A stretch of DNA of 64,000 bases from Candidatus Pacearchaeota archaeon (GCA_038740375.1 JAVYLW010000002.1:81877-145876); one strand, 5' to 3'; shown: positions 28,282-38,303, counted from the first letter of the stretch. The notes: generated by a model not told the origin, from the sequence alone. Translations and numbers: made by a program.

Positions 28282-29568
28282 ATGAAAGAAGAAATAAACC
28301 TAAACCACATATGTAAAATAGAAGGTCATGCACATTTATCACTAAAAATAGAGAATAACAAAGTTACTAAATGTGAACTTAAGGCAAGCGAAGGAGCAAG
28401 ATTTTTTGAAGGTCTTGTTTTAAATAAAAATATAAGAGATATACAAGAGATAGTTTCAAGAATATGTGGAATCTGTTCAGGAGCTCATAGTGTTTGTTCA
28501 ATACAAGGTTTAGAAAATGCTCTTAAAATTAGACCTTCAGAACAGCAAAAAAAAATACGAGAAATGTTAATGATTGGTGAAAGAATAAGAAGTCACACAA
28601 CTCATTTATATTTTCTTGCATTACCTGATTATTTCAATAAAGAATCAATTTTACAAATGATGCCCGAACATAAAGAAAAAATCAATGATGCACTTTCTTT
28701 AATTTCTCTTGGAAACAAGATAGTTGAAATCGTTGGCGGAAGAGAAATGCACCCTTTTTTAAAAATTAAAAAAGAGTTTCCAGAAAATGACTTAAAGGAA
28801 ATAAAAAATAAACTTGAAAAAACTAAACCCATTATTTATAAAACTATAAATCTTTTTTCTGGATTAGAATATCCTAAATTAGAAAGAGAAGCTAATTACT
28901 TAAGCTTAAATGAAGAAAATAATTATGCATCTATATCAGGCAATATAAAATCAAGTTTAAACGAATTTGAAACAAAAGATTATAAAAATTTTTTAAAAGA
29001 ATCAATAAAAGAATATTCAACATCTAAATTTGTTTTAATGAAAGATAAACCTTATATGTTAGGAAGCATTTCAAGAGTAAATAATAACTATAATAAGCTC
29101 GATTTTGAAACCAAAGAAATTTTAACTTCATTATTAAAAAATCTTAATATTAAACTGCCATTTAATAATCCTTATCATAACCTTATTTGTCAATCTATAG
29201 AATTATTAGAGTCTGTTAATAAAGCAATATCTTTAATAGAAAATATTGTAAAGATTAAATATGAAAATCAAGATTTTAAAATAAAACAAGGTCATGGAAT
29301 ATCTTGCGTTGAGGCTCCAAGAGGTATTTTATTTCATGAATACAAAATAGATAGATTTGGCAAAATAATTTATTGCAACATAATAACTCCAACAGCTCAA
29401 AATTTAAACATGATGGAAAACGATATAACTTTATTAGTCAATAAATTACTATCTGAAAATAAAACAAAAGATGAAATAGTTAAAGAAGTTGAAAAACTTA
29501 TTAGAGCTTATGATCCTTGTTTTTCATGCTCAACTCATTTTCTAAAGATAAATTGGGAAAAAACCTGA
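28282..29568 (+). CDS. hydA: [NiFe] hydrogenase large (alpha) subunit, group 3-like
   Basis: N-terminal RICGICSGAHS (RxCGxCxxxH) and C-terminal DPCFSCSTH (DPCxxCxxH). A 9-aa tail (FLKINWEKT) follows, consistent with endopeptidase processing. Confidence 0.9.
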   Translation: MKEEINLNHICKIEGHAHLSLKIENNKVTKCELKASEGARFFEGLVLNKNIRDIQEIVSRICGICSGAHSVCSIQGLENALKIRPSEQQKKIREMLMIGERIRSHTTHLYFLALPDYFNKESILQMMPEHKEKINDALSLISLGNKIVEIVGGREMHPFLKIKKEFPENDLKEIKNKLEKTKPIIYKTINLFSGLEYPKLEREANYLSLNEENNYASISGNIKSSLNEFETKDYKNFLKESIKEYSTSKFVLMKDKPYMLGSISRVNNNYNKLDFETKEILTSLLKNLNIKLPFNNPYHNLICQSIELLESVNKAISLIENIVKIKYENQDFKIKQGHGISCVEAPRGILFHEYKIDRFGKIIYCNIITPTAQNLNMMENDITLLVNKLLSENKTKDEIVKEVEKLIRAYDPCFSCSTHFLKINWEKT

Positions 29569-29687
29569 TAAAATAAAAAGAGCTATTATATCTCATTTGA
29601 AAATAAAATTTCTGAAAAATTTACGAGTTTTGAAGGTTCTATAGGTGAAGTAATAAATAGATTAAAGAAGTGGTTTTAAAAATTCTT

Positions 29688-29795
29688 ATGAAAAAAGTAA
29701 TAATTATTGATGAAAATATTTCAACAGGAAATAAAATAAGTTTATTATATAATCTTATTAGAAAGATCTCTAAATCTAAAGATATAAAAAAGTAG
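29688..29795 (+). pseudogene. Possible remnant of a type I phosphoribosyltransferase (35-aa ORF)
   Basis: MKKVIIIDENISTGNKISLLYNLIRK resembles the PRPP-binding loop (V.lvDDv.sTG.T) but stops after 35 aa. No intact upstream N-terminal part in frame. Confidence 0.25.
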
Positions 29796-29840
29796 CACTA
29801 ATAATCTATATTATCTTATAAAAAATAACGTTTAAAAAAA

Positions 29841-30236
29841 ATGAGAGGAATATATATTCTAATAATCAGAGTTAAAAAACCTTTAAAGATTAAAATAGGA
29901 AAGTTAGGAATTATTAATTTCACAAAAGGAAATTATGCATATATAGGAAGTGCACAGAACAATTTGGAAAAAAGAATAATGAGACATAAATCGAAATCTA
30001 AAAAGAAAAAGCTTCATTGGCACATTGATTATTTATTAAATAATAAAAATTCAAAAATAATAAAAATTTTTTATAAAAAAAAATCAAAAAAATATGAATG
30101 TATTATAGCAAAAAAATTATCAAAAAAAAGAAATATAATAAATAAATTCGGATGTTCAGATTGCACTTGCAAGAGTCATTTAATTAAATTGGAAAATCAA
30201 GATTTAAAGTTTTCTTCGGTTTTTCTGGAATTTTAA
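29841..30236 (+). CDS. GIY-YIG superfamily protein of the DUF123 (Uri-like endonuclease) type
   Basis: GIYILIIRV...GKLG...[11 protein letters not shown]...RHKSK...HWHIDYLL...ECIIAKKL...[12 protein letters not shown] matches my recollection of the DUF123 consensus. Confidence 0.7.
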   Translation: MRGIYILIIRVKKPLKIKIGKLGIINFTKGNYAYIGSAQNNLEKRIMRHKSKSKKKKLHWHIDYLLNNKNSKIIKIFYKKKSKKYECIIAKKLSKKRNIINKFGCSDCTCKSHLIKLENQDLKFSSVFLEF

Positions 30237-30531
30237 ATGTATCAGATAAAATATCAGATAAATTTCTTGTGTCTTTTGTAATATCATCAAATCTTATTAT
30301 TCTAGTACGCCCAACAGTTTTAGAAACATGTTCAAAAAATAATCCAAATTTCTTGCATAATTCAGAAGTTAAAAGAATAGCTTTTTCATCTTCTTTTAAC
30401 TCATTTTGAATTTCAACACAATCTTTTAAATTAACAGGTCTTCCAATTATATAATAGTTTCCCTTTATATCTCTATATAGTCTTGTATCACAAACATTAT
30501 ATTCTTCCATTAAATTTAAACTTAATAACAA
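30184..30531 (-). CDS. Hypothetical protein (115 aa)
   Basis: ORF only, with no recognisable motif. Its 3' end overlaps the convergent DUF123 ORF by 53 nt. Confidence 0.4.
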   Translation of the reverse strand: MLLSLNLMEEYNVCDTRLYRDIKGNYYIIGRPVNLKDCVEIQNELKEDEKAILLTSELCKKFGLFFEHVSKTVGRTRIIRFDDITKDTRNLSDILSDTFKIPEKPKKTLNLDFPI

Positions 30532-30544
30532 TATTTAAAATTTT

Positions 30545-31768
30545 TCAATCTCCAATTAGATGTTGTTTTCCTATAATATTAAAAAGTTCATTCATTAGTG
30601 TTATTCCTCTAAAATGTCCGAGCCCTCCTTCTTGACAAGCCCTCTCGCCAAAATTTTCTACTTTATCTCTTAAAATCATCTCTTTTGGACCCCATATTAA
30701 AGCAGGAACAGGATCTCCAGTATGCATTTTAAGTTTAGAGGAAGTAGAATGATCTCCTGAAAAAAATACAACAGTATCTTCTAATTTTAACAAAGGAGAT
30801 AAAGAAACATCTATTCTTTCAATAAATTTTTTCTTTCCTTCAAAATCTCCTATTTCTGCTAAAGAATCTGCAAATTTCATATGAACAAAAATAAAATCAT
30901 AAGAATCTAGTCTTCTAATTGCTTCATTTATCTTTGCATTTAAATTTGTATCAATTCTTCCATTTGCTCCCTCAACATTTATAACATCCATTCCAAGATA
31001 TTTTGCAATACCTTTATATAAATCTGCACCAGAAATGCAACATGCCTTTAACCCATATTTCTCTAAAAAACTTGGTGCTTCTTTATATTCTCCAGGACCT
31101 CGAAGATTCAAAAAATTAGCATAAGATAATCCTTGCTTTTTCCTCTTTATATTTTCAGGATTTTTAGAAAGATAATCGTGCATATAATCCATAAATTTAT
31201 TTAATATTATTTCAGTTCTTCTTGAAGAAATACTTTTATTTTTAGCAATTTTTCTATTTGGAGTTACTCCTTCTTCATGAGGATCTATGTCGTATATATC
31301 TGAAGTAAGATTTTTTCCTCTCATTACTACTCCTACCCTATGCAAAACACTAGGCTCTAAAAAAAATGTAACATCTTCAATATTAACTTTCATACGTTTA
31401 GGAATTAAAAGCGAAGATTCTATTCTTCCAGCTCTTCTATCTATAATAACACCTCTATCATCAATAGTAGCAAGATTTCCTCTAAATGCAATATCTCCTT
31501 TTTTTAGCTCCATAGGAATTCCTAAAACTTCAAAAACTCCTCTTCCTGGATAGTATTTTTGATAATCATAACCAAATAAAGAAAGATGAGCAATATCAGA
31601 ACCTGGCCTTATTCCTCTGTCAACAGTATGCATAAGTCCAGTAATACCTTCTTTTGCAAGATTATCCAAATTAGGAGTATTTGCAACTTCAAGAGGTGTC
31701 TTAAAAGAAAATTCTTTAATAGGTCTATCACCTAAGCCATCAGCAATAACAAATATTATTTTAGTCAT
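30545..31768 (-). CDS. apgM: 2,3-bisphosphoglycerate-independent phosphoglycerate mutase, archaeal type
   Basis: KIIFVIADGLGDRP...TPNLDNLA...GSDIAHLSLFGYD...SGDHSTS. The track start at 31816 is probably too long; the ATG at 31768 (MTKIIFV) is preferred. Confidence 0.85.
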   Translation of the reverse strand: MTKIIFVIADGLGDRPIKEFSFKTPLEVANTPNLDNLAKEGITGLMHTVDRGIRPGSDIAHLSLFGYDYQKYYPGRGVFEVLGIPMELKKGDIAFRGNLATIDDRGVIIDRRAGRIESSLLIPKRMKVNIEDVTFFLEPSVLHRVGVVMRGKNLTSDIYDIDPHEEGVTPNRKIAKNKSISSRRTEIILNKFMDYMHDYLSKNPENIKRKKQGLSYANFLNLRGPGEYKEAPSFLEKYGLKACCISGADLYKGIAKYLGMDVINVEGANGRIDTNLNAKINEAIRRLDSYDFIFVHMKFADSLAEIGDFEGKKKFIERIDVSLSPLLKLEDTVVFFSGDHSTSSKLKMHTGDPVPALIWGPKEMILRDKVENFGERACQEGGLGHFRGITLMNELFNIIGKQHLIGD

Positions 31769-31883
31769 ATTAAAAAAATAATCAAACAAATATAAAAGTA
31801 TTTTGGTATGAATCATTTTAATAAAAAATCAAAATAAAAAATCGACAATTTTTGTTATAGACTAGTTTATGAAATGTTTAAAT

Positions 31884-33167
31884 TTATCTTTTCCAATTAG
31901 CAAATTTCGCATTATTACCAAGTTCTTCTTCAATTCTCAATAATTGATTATATTTAGCTAATCTTTCACTTCTACAAGGAGCTCCTGTTTTTATTTGTCC
32001 AACTCCAAGACCAACAACAAGATCAGCAATAAAATTATCTTCAGTCTCTCCACTTCTATGAGAAACCATAACTGACCAACCTGCATCAATAGCTATTTTA
32101 GCAGCTTTTATAGATTCTGTTATAGTTCCAATCTGATTAATTTTTAAAAGAAGTGCATTAACTGCTTTTTTTTCAATACCTTCTTTTATTCTTTTAACAT
32201 TTGTAACAAGAAGATCATCACCAACAATCTGAATTTTAGAACCAATAAGAGAATTTAACTTTCTATAGTTTTCCCAATCATCTTGGTCAAAAGGATCTTC
32301 AATAGATATTAATTTATATTCTTCAACAAATTTCTTGTATATTTCTATCATCTCATCACCTGATTTTAAATCAGGATTATCTGATTTAAAATTAAGATCA
32401 TACATTCCATCTTTAAAAAATTCAGAAGCAGCAACATCTATTCCAATTTCAACTTTTCCATCATAACCTGCGCTTGAAATAGCTTCCTTTAATAAATCAA
32501 GTGCTTCTTTATTATCTTGAATATTTGGAGCAAAACCTCCTTCATCTCCAACATTAGTTGCGTCTTGTCCATATTTATTTTTTATTATTTTTTTAAGATG
32601 ATGATATATTTCTGAACCATAACGAAGCGCTTCATGAAAATTTGGTGCTTCAGTTGGAAGTATCATAAATTCCTGTATAGCAAGTTTATTTCCAGCATGT
32701 TTTCCGCCATTGATAACATTAAAACTTGGAATAGGTAATAAAAGTTCTGAATTTTCAGCTAAATTTGCAATATATTGATATAAAGGAATCTTCTTATGAA
32801 AAGCCCCTGCTTTGCAAATAGCCATAGAAACAGCAAGTATAGCATTAGCACCTAACTTGCTTTTATTATCTGTCCCATCAATTTCAATCATTATTTTATC
32901 AATTTGTGTTTGCTTAGTAGGATTCATTCCAAAAAGAGCAGGCGCAATTATATTATTAATATTATCAATAGCTTTTAAAACCCCTTTTCCATTATATCTA
33001 TTGCTATCATTATCTCTAAGTTCAACAGCTTCATAAACTCCTGTTGATGCTCCTGAAGGAACTGCTGCTCTAAAAAGACCTTTGTTTGTAATAAGATCAA
33101 CTTCTATTGTAGGATTACCCCTAGAATCTAATATTTCTCTTGCTTTAATAGATTGAATTTTAGACAT
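31884..33167 (-). CDS. eno: Enolase
   Basis: [18 protein letters not shown]...SGASTG..EA.ELRD...[11 protein letters not shown]...SHRSGETED. Confidence 0.95.
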   Translation of the reverse strand: MSKIQSIKAREILDSRGNPTIEVDLITNKGLFRAAVPSGASTGVYEAVELRDNDSNRYNGKGVLKAIDNINNIIAPALFGMNPTKQTQIDKIMIEIDGTDNKSKLGANAILAVSMAICKAGAFHKKIPLYQYIANLAENSELLLPIPSFNVINGGKHAGNKLAIQEFMILPTEAPNFHEALRYGSEIYHHLKKIIKNKYGQDATNVGDEGGFAPNIQDNKEALDLLKEAISSAGYDGKVEIGIDVAASEFFKDGMYDLNFKSDNPDLKSGDEMIEIYKKFVEEYKLISIEDPFDQDDWENYRKLNSLIGSKIQIVGDDLLVTNVKRIKEGIEKKAVNALLLKINQIGTITESIKAAKIAIDAGWSVMVSHRSGETEDNFIADLVVGLGVGQIKTGAPCRSERLAKYNQLLRIEEELGNNAKFANWKR

Positions 33168-33409
33168 TTTTAAAATTCTTTTTTATTTCAATTTAGTTGA
33201 AAAAATAAAAGATGAATTATTCTTGAAAATAATTCGTAAAATTTATTTTTTCTCTTTTATATTAATATTAAAATTTATATTTTATTTATAAATCTTTTTA
33301 CAATTAAAAGATTTTATTAAAACATAATTTAATCATAAATATCTCTATAAAAACTTATTTCATTAAAATTATTAAATAAATAAAAAATAAAAAATAAAAA
33401 ATAAAAAAA

Positions 33410-33781
33410 TTAATTTTTTGCTAAAGTCCAGACATTTTTTATTGCAACAATTATAGTAGCTGGAACAAATATTAGCATCAAAGATTTAAGAACATTAACA
33501 AGCGGAGGAATTACGTCCATTGAATTTCCAGCTGCATAAATTGCTAAAATCAAAACAATTCCAGACATCAAAAAAGGCGTTGTTTCTCTCTCAGTAATAT
33601 TTAAAAAACCTACTATTAACCCTATTATAACTAAAGCTACAGTTAAAGTGCTAGAAACAGAATCTGTTAAATAAGAACTTAAAAGACCTATTAACAAAGC
33701 GACAATTACACCTCCTAAAAATGCCCAACTTCCAATTCTACTTTTATGTCTATCCAAATCTTTAATCATATTTTTTACCAT
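33410..33781 (-). CDS. Small integral membrane protein (about 4 TM), hypothetical
   Basis: 123 aa, four hydrophobic segments, no recognised family. Confidence 0.5.
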   Translation of the reverse strand: MVKNMIKDLDRHKSRIGSWAFLGGVIVALLIGLLSSYLTDSVSSTLTVALVIIGLIVGFLNITERETTPFLMSGIVLILAIYAAGNSMDVIPPLVNVLKSLMLIFVPATIIVAIKNVWTLAKN

Positions 33782-33876
33782 ATCAAAAATTTATAAACCT
33801 CCTTTCACTAATTAATAAAAATTAATATATAAAATAAGAATTATATATTTATAAATCTATATGTTAACAGATATTT

Positions 33877-34233
33877 TCAAAAGAATCTTTTTACATATTC
33901 TAAAGAATCATTTACATCAAAATTCATAGGAATTCCTATTATCTTAATTTTTTTTTCATTCTCAAAAAGTTTTATAATAAAACTTGCATCAAAATCATGA
34001 CAAGTTAGTATATTACTATTGTTTAATTCAGAAATTTTGATTATTCTAGGAAAATCAAGATTTTTAACTACATCAATAATAATAAAGTCTTCTTCAGAAT
34101 TTAACTCTTCAATTAACTCAAAAGAATCCCTAATGTTTATTATATCATAACCTTGTTTTATTAACTTCTCAGCTAATTTTTTACCTAAACTATCCTCTTT
34201 AATAAATTCATTACCTAAAGAAAGTATTTTCAT
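33877..34233 (-). CDS. Hydrogenase maturation endopeptidase (HycI/HybD-like), unusually short
   Basis: 118 aa. MKILSLGNEFIKEDSLG (GN...DD.G-like), IIIDVV and LTCHDFD supply candidate Asp/Asp/His Ni ligands. Adjacent to hypC. Confidence 0.6.
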   Translation of the reverse strand: MKILSLGNEFIKEDSLGKKLAEKLIKQGYDIINIRDSFELIEELNSEEDFIIIDVVKNLDFPRIIKISELNNSNILTCHDFDASFIIKLFENEKKIKIIGIPMNFDVNDSLEYVKRFF

Positions 34234-34234
34234 T

Positions 34235-34726
34235 TCATTTTTTTATTTTTTTTACAATAGCCTTATTATGAGTTATTACTCTATCTCCAACTTTAACATC
34301 TCTAAAAAATTTTCCAACAGCTATATCTTCATGAGATTTATATTTTATTCTATAGACTGGATAAGGTATTTCTTTAAAATTTTCAATCTTAACAACATCT
34401 CCTATTAAAACCTTACAAGATTCGCATAAAATATCTGGCATATTTGCATATTCTCCTTCTTTTTTATCAATAATAGAATTATGTTGTTCTAAAAAATATC
34501 TCTCAACTGCTTCAGGTGTTTTTTCAGTTATTTTTTCATCAGCAAATGGAAGTATCTTTGAAATAAATTCTGATGAAGGTGTTTTACCTTTATTCCAGTA
34601 GTCCATTGCTTTATCGTAATCTTCCTTTCTTATTTTTCCCCTATAAAGTCTGTTTTCTAAACAGGTAATACCATAAGTAAAAAGCATTCCCTCATAGGTA
34701 TCTTCCATCTTATTTTCTAACATCAT
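34235..34726 (-). CDS. Unknown N-terminal domain fused to a HypC-like C-terminal domain
   Basis: The C-terminal 60 aa (CKVLIGDVVKIEN...YRIKY...VKVGDRVITHNKAIVKKI) parallel the neighbouring HypC (CLNIPGKFVKVKK...IIDY...LKIGDYVIVSNKIIVKII). Overlaps hypC by 17 nt. Confidence 0.4.
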   Translation of the reverse strand: MMLENKMEDTYEGMLFTYGITCLENRLYRGKIRKEDYDKAMDYWNKGKTPSSEFISKILPFADEKITEKTPEAVERYFLEQHNSIIDKKEGEYANMPDILCESCKVLIGDVVKIENFKEIPYPVYRIKYKSHEDIAVGKFFRDVKVGDRVITHNKAIVKKIKK

Positions 34727-34922
34727 TTATTAAATTCAAATATTTTATTGCTTCTTTTTTAGGAATAATCTTCACTATTATTTTATTTGAAACAATAACA
34801 TAATCACCTATCTTCAAATTTTCAACAACACTTAGTATAGCTTCTCTTTTTTTTCCATTATAATCAATTATAAATTTATTTTTTTTTACTTTTACAAATT
34901 TTCCAGGAATATTTAAACACAT
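34710..34922 (-). CDS. hypC: Hydrogenase assembly chaperone HypC
   Basis: 70 aa. N-terminal MCLNIPGK (MCL.IPg signature) and GDYVIV. Confidence 0.8.
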   Translation of the reverse strand: MCLNIPGKFVKVKKNKFIIDYNGKKREAILSVVENLKIGDYVIVSNKIIVKIIPKKEAIKYLNLINDVRK

Positions 34923-35115
34923 TAAATCATATTAATAAAAAGAATTTATATAATTTATGAATTTTAAATAAAGTTATTTTTATTAATAAAAAATAAAACA
35001 GAATAAACAAATAAATTAAATTGACAGAGTATAATGATAATTTCAAAAGAATAGCAAAAGATATAAACACAAGAGATACGATCTTAAAGAATAATTTCAA
35101 TTAATTCTATTTATA

Positions 35116-35439
35116 TTATTTATCATAAGTAACTCTTAATATTTTTATTTCATTACCCTCTAAAACTAAAGGCTCTCCTCCGCATAAAGGACAATCAAAA
35201 ATAACAAAATCATGTAATCTTTGAATAATTCTTGGCTCTCCAATATAACCGCAATTGCATTTTACCTTTGATTTTTTCAAAAAAACAGAAACATTCCAAG
35301 AGGTTTCATCAAAAAGATGTTCTTTTAAATGATGTGAATCAATTCCTACAAGTTCGCCTAATTCAATATCTATAGAAATAACTTTATCTTTATTAGGAAC
35401 TTGATTAATTATATTTTGAATAAAATGATGTTCATGCAT
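35116..35439 (-). CDS. hypA: Hydrogenase nickel-insertion protein HypA
   Basis: 107 aa. N-terminal MHEHH, with zinc-site CNCGY...CPLCGG. Confidence 0.8.
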   Translation of the reverse strand: MHEHHFIQNIINQVPNKDKVISIDIELGELVGIDSHHLKEHLFDETSWNVSVFLKKSKVKCNCGYIGEPRIIQRLHDFVIFDCPLCGGEPLVLEGNEIKILRVTYDK

Positions 35440-35542
35440 AAATCATATTTTTTTAAAAACTTTATAAATCTTATCAAAAAAAAATAAAAGATTTTTTATA
35501 TATAATATTAATTATAAATATATAATATTAATTATAATTATT

Positions 35543-36394
35543 ATGAAAATAATAAAAAAGAATATTTTAAAAAAATTTTATAAAAAAAAAGATTTGAAAG
35601 TTCACAAAGGAATGTTTGGAAAACTTGTTGTTATAGGAGGAAGTGAAAAATACTCAGGTTCTCCAAATTTAAACGCTCTTGGAGCAATAGCTGCATTAAA
35701 ATCAGGTGTAGATACTGTAGAAATAATAGCTCCTTTAAGAGCAGCAAACATAATAGCATCTTATTCTCCTAATTTAATTACAATACCATTAAAAGGAAAT
35801 AATCTAGAACCAAAACACTTAAAAACAATTCTAAAAGAATCTAACGATAAATCTGCATTTGTTATAGGAGGTGGAATTCTACAAACAAAAAATTCAATAA
35901 AATTAATAATTAATTTTTTAAAATCAATTAATATTTCAGGTGTTATTGATGCAGGAGCAATATTACCTATAAAAATGTATAAAACTAACCTCGAAAATTT
36001 TGTTTTTACTCCTCATGCAAAAGAATTTGAAAGATTAGCATCAGTCAAATTATCAAATAATCTAAATGAAAAGATAAAACAAATTGAGAAAATAACAAAA
36101 AAATATAATACTACTATATTATTAAAAGGTTATATAGATATAATCTCAGATGGTAAAAAAACAGCAATAGTTAAAGGAGGAACAGCTTATATGACAAAAG
36201 CAGGAACAGGAGACGTATTAGCAGGAATTTTAGGAGCTTTAATAGCCCAAAAACCAGATAAAGAAAATATCTTTGATGCAGCATGTGCAGCTTCTTATAT
36301 AAATAAAAAAGCAGGAGAGATGTCAAAAAAGAAATCAAGCTTGTTAGCAACTGATTTAATAGAAAAAATCGGAGAAGTTGTAGATAATTTTTAG
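35543..36394 (+). CDS. nnrD: ADP/ATP-dependent NAD(P)H-hydrate dehydratase (YjeF C-terminal domain type)
   Basis: HKGMFGKLVVIGGSEKYSGSP, TPHAKEFERL and GTGDVLAGILGALIAQ. Confidence 0.8.
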   Translation: MKIIKKNILKKFYKKKDLKVHKGMFGKLVVIGGSEKYSGSPNLNALGAIAALKSGVDTVEIIAPLRAANIIASYSPNLITIPLKGNNLEPKHLKTILKESNDKSAFVIGGGILQTKNSIKLIINFLKSINISGVIDAGAILPIKMYKTNLENFVFTPHAKEFERLASVKLSNNLNEKIKQIEKITKKYNTTILLKGYIDIISDGKKTAIVKGGTAYMTKAGTGDVLAGILGALIAQKPDKENIFDAACAASYINKKAGEMSKKKSSLLATDLIEKIGEVVDNF

Positions 36395-36445
36395 GAAACA
36401 AAAATACTAATTATCTATATTTTTAAAATAATATTTGATAAAAAA

Positions 36446-36973
36446 TCACATATCTCCTTTTTGTTTTAAAATTTCAATTAACCTGTTAATAAACTCTAGT
36501 TGAACAGAATTTATTTTTAATTTTGCTTCGTTAATTTCAAAATACCTTCCTATGTCTATCTCTGGAAATCTTTGTCTCTTACCATAAACTTCAATTTCAA
36601 AATAACTATTACAATTGAATTTAACATCAAAAACACCCTTAAAAGCCCATGCATAAACTATTTTGTTGTTTTTTTGTTTTATTTTTCCAAGAAAAATATA
36701 TTCTGAAATATTTTCTGGAGGAATAATAGAAGTTTCCTCAATCATCTCACGTTTAGCAACATTAAATAAATCTTCATTAGGATTATCAACCTCGCCTTTT
36801 GGAATGCTCCAAAAACCATTATCTTTATTTTTAAAAAAAGGTCCTCCGTTATGAACAAGAAAAACATATAGCTTATTATCTTTAAATGAAAACATTAATA
36901 ATCCTGCACTTACCTTTACCATACAAAATTTTAGTAAAAAGAAATTAATAAATTTTTTTAAAATAATTTTCAT
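36446..36973 (-). CDS. NUDIX hydrolase
   Basis: Nudix box PKGEVDNPNEDLFNVAKREMIEETSI with REMIEE intact. The true start is likely the internal Met at 36922 (MVKVSAGLLMF). Confidence 0.7.
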   Translation of the reverse strand: MKIILKKFINFFLLKFCMVKVSAGLLMFSFKDNKLYVFLVHNGGPFFKNKDNGFWSIPKGEVDNPNEDLFNVAKREMIEETSIIPPENISEYIFLGKIKQKNNKIVYAWAFKGVFDVKFNCNSYFEIEVYGKRQRFPEIDIGRYFEINEAKLKINSVQLEFINRLIEILKQKGDM

Positions 36974-37074
36974 TTAACAATTTTAATTTAATAATGAATT
37001 AATTAAATTCTATTTTTACAACAGCATTAAATCAAGACTTTTTACTATTAAACACACAATAACAAAATTTATAA

Positions 37075-37710
37075 TCAAAATTTTCCTAAAAGTTCTTTTA
37101 AAACACTCTTTGGATCTTTAGCAATAGTAATTGCAGAACTAATAGCAATACCATAAGAACCTAATTCTATTGATTTTAAAACATCTTTATGAGTTCTTAT
37201 CCCAGCTCCTACAAGAACAGGTATTTTAGAAGTTTTACAAATTTTTGATATCACCTCTGGTTTTGCACTAGAAACAGAGATTTCTCCTGCAACAAGTTCA
37301 GGAGGTTCGTAAATTAAATAATCAGGAGAGAATTCTTCAATTTTTTTTGCTTGTTCAAACGAATTTGCAAAAACTGCAGTCTTAAGGCCCACTTCTTTAC
37401 AGCGGATAATAGTTTTCTTGATTTCATCAATAGAAAGTGAATGTTCAGAGTGATTTAAAAAACTTCCAACACCTCCATTCTTTTGAACAGATTCAGGAAG
37501 TATAAATCCAGTGTTTCTTCCAGGTTTCATATAATCAACATGCTGACAATAACAAGACAGCCTTGTTGAACTAGAAACTCTGTAAATATCTGTTGCCTGA
37601 AGACCTACAATAATATCTCTATCAACACTTTCAATAATATTAGCAAGCTCTAAAGTCTCCCAACCCTGTTTATAAGTCTTAAAATTTACAATAACAATAG
37701 GTTTTTTCAT
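37075..37710 (-). CDS. tpiA: Triosephosphate isomerase, short archaeal type
   Basis: 211 aa. IVNFKTY...LNHSEH...YEPPELVAG...GAGI. The short length is typical of archaeal TIM. Confidence 0.85.
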   Translation of the reverse strand: MKKPIVIVNFKTYKQGWETLELANIIESVDRDIIVGLQATDIYRVSSSTRLSCYCQHVDYMKPGRNTGFILPESVQKNGGVGSFLNHSEHSLSIDEIKKTIIRCKEVGLKTAVFANSFEQAKKIEEFSPDYLIYEPPELVAGEISVSSAKPEVISKICKTSKIPVLVGAGIRTHKDVLKSIELGSYGIAISSAITIAKDPKSVLKELLGKF

Positions 37711-37814
37711 AGAATCATAAACAATGTCGTTATTTTAAAGTTTTCTAGAATAATAAAAAATTATAAAATTTAGCCCTTTATTCTTTAAGTTACAAAAAAA
37801 TAAGAAATTTTATA

Positions 37815-38303
37815 TTAGAATTTAATATTTTTTATTTCTTCAGTGAATTTTTTAATTTTATCAATATAACTATTATCTTTTACCTCTTTTGATCTTATAG
37901 CAATTGTATGAATCGGTTTTTTTCCGATTAGTTTTTCCATTTGAATAAAAATTTTTTTAGAATTATTTCCTCCCATAGTGCAGAAAAAAACAACTTTTTT
38001 TTCAAATAAGATCTGTTTTTGTTGCATTAAGTAAGTTCTAATAGCTGGAGATAAAGTTCCTGCCCAAACAGGACTTCCAACAATAATTAAATCATAATCA
38101 ATAGGAAGTTTTTTTATGTTATCTATTTCAGTAAATTTTTTTCTAATAGCATCAAAAATACTTTTTATAAATCCCATTACTCCTTTTCTATTTACTTTAT
38201 CAATGATTTCTTCTATATCTGAAGATAATTGTCGAGCTATTTCTTCAGCTACTTTTTTTGTTGTTCCGGTTCTAGTAAAGTATACAACTAAACTTTTTAC
38301 CAT
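37815..38303 (-). CDS. Flavodoxin-like protein
   Basis: SLVVYFTRTGTTKKVAEEIA at the N-terminus (FMN phosphate-binding loop type), 162 aa. Confidence 0.65.
   Translation of the reverse strand: MVKSLVVYFTRTGTTKKVAEEIARQLSSDIEEIIDKVNRKGVMGFIKSIFDAIRKKFTEIDNIKKLPIDYDLIIVGSPVWAGTLSPAIRTYLMQQKQILFEKKVVFFCTMGGNNSKKIFIQMEKLIGKKPIHTIAIRSKEVKDNSYIDKIKKFTEEIKNIKF

Noticed and set aside
33375-33410. (aaaaaat)n microsatellite-like run upstream of the 123-aa membrane protein gene.
   Set aside because: It is simple AT-rich low-complexity sequence, common in this genome, and there is no evidence of function.
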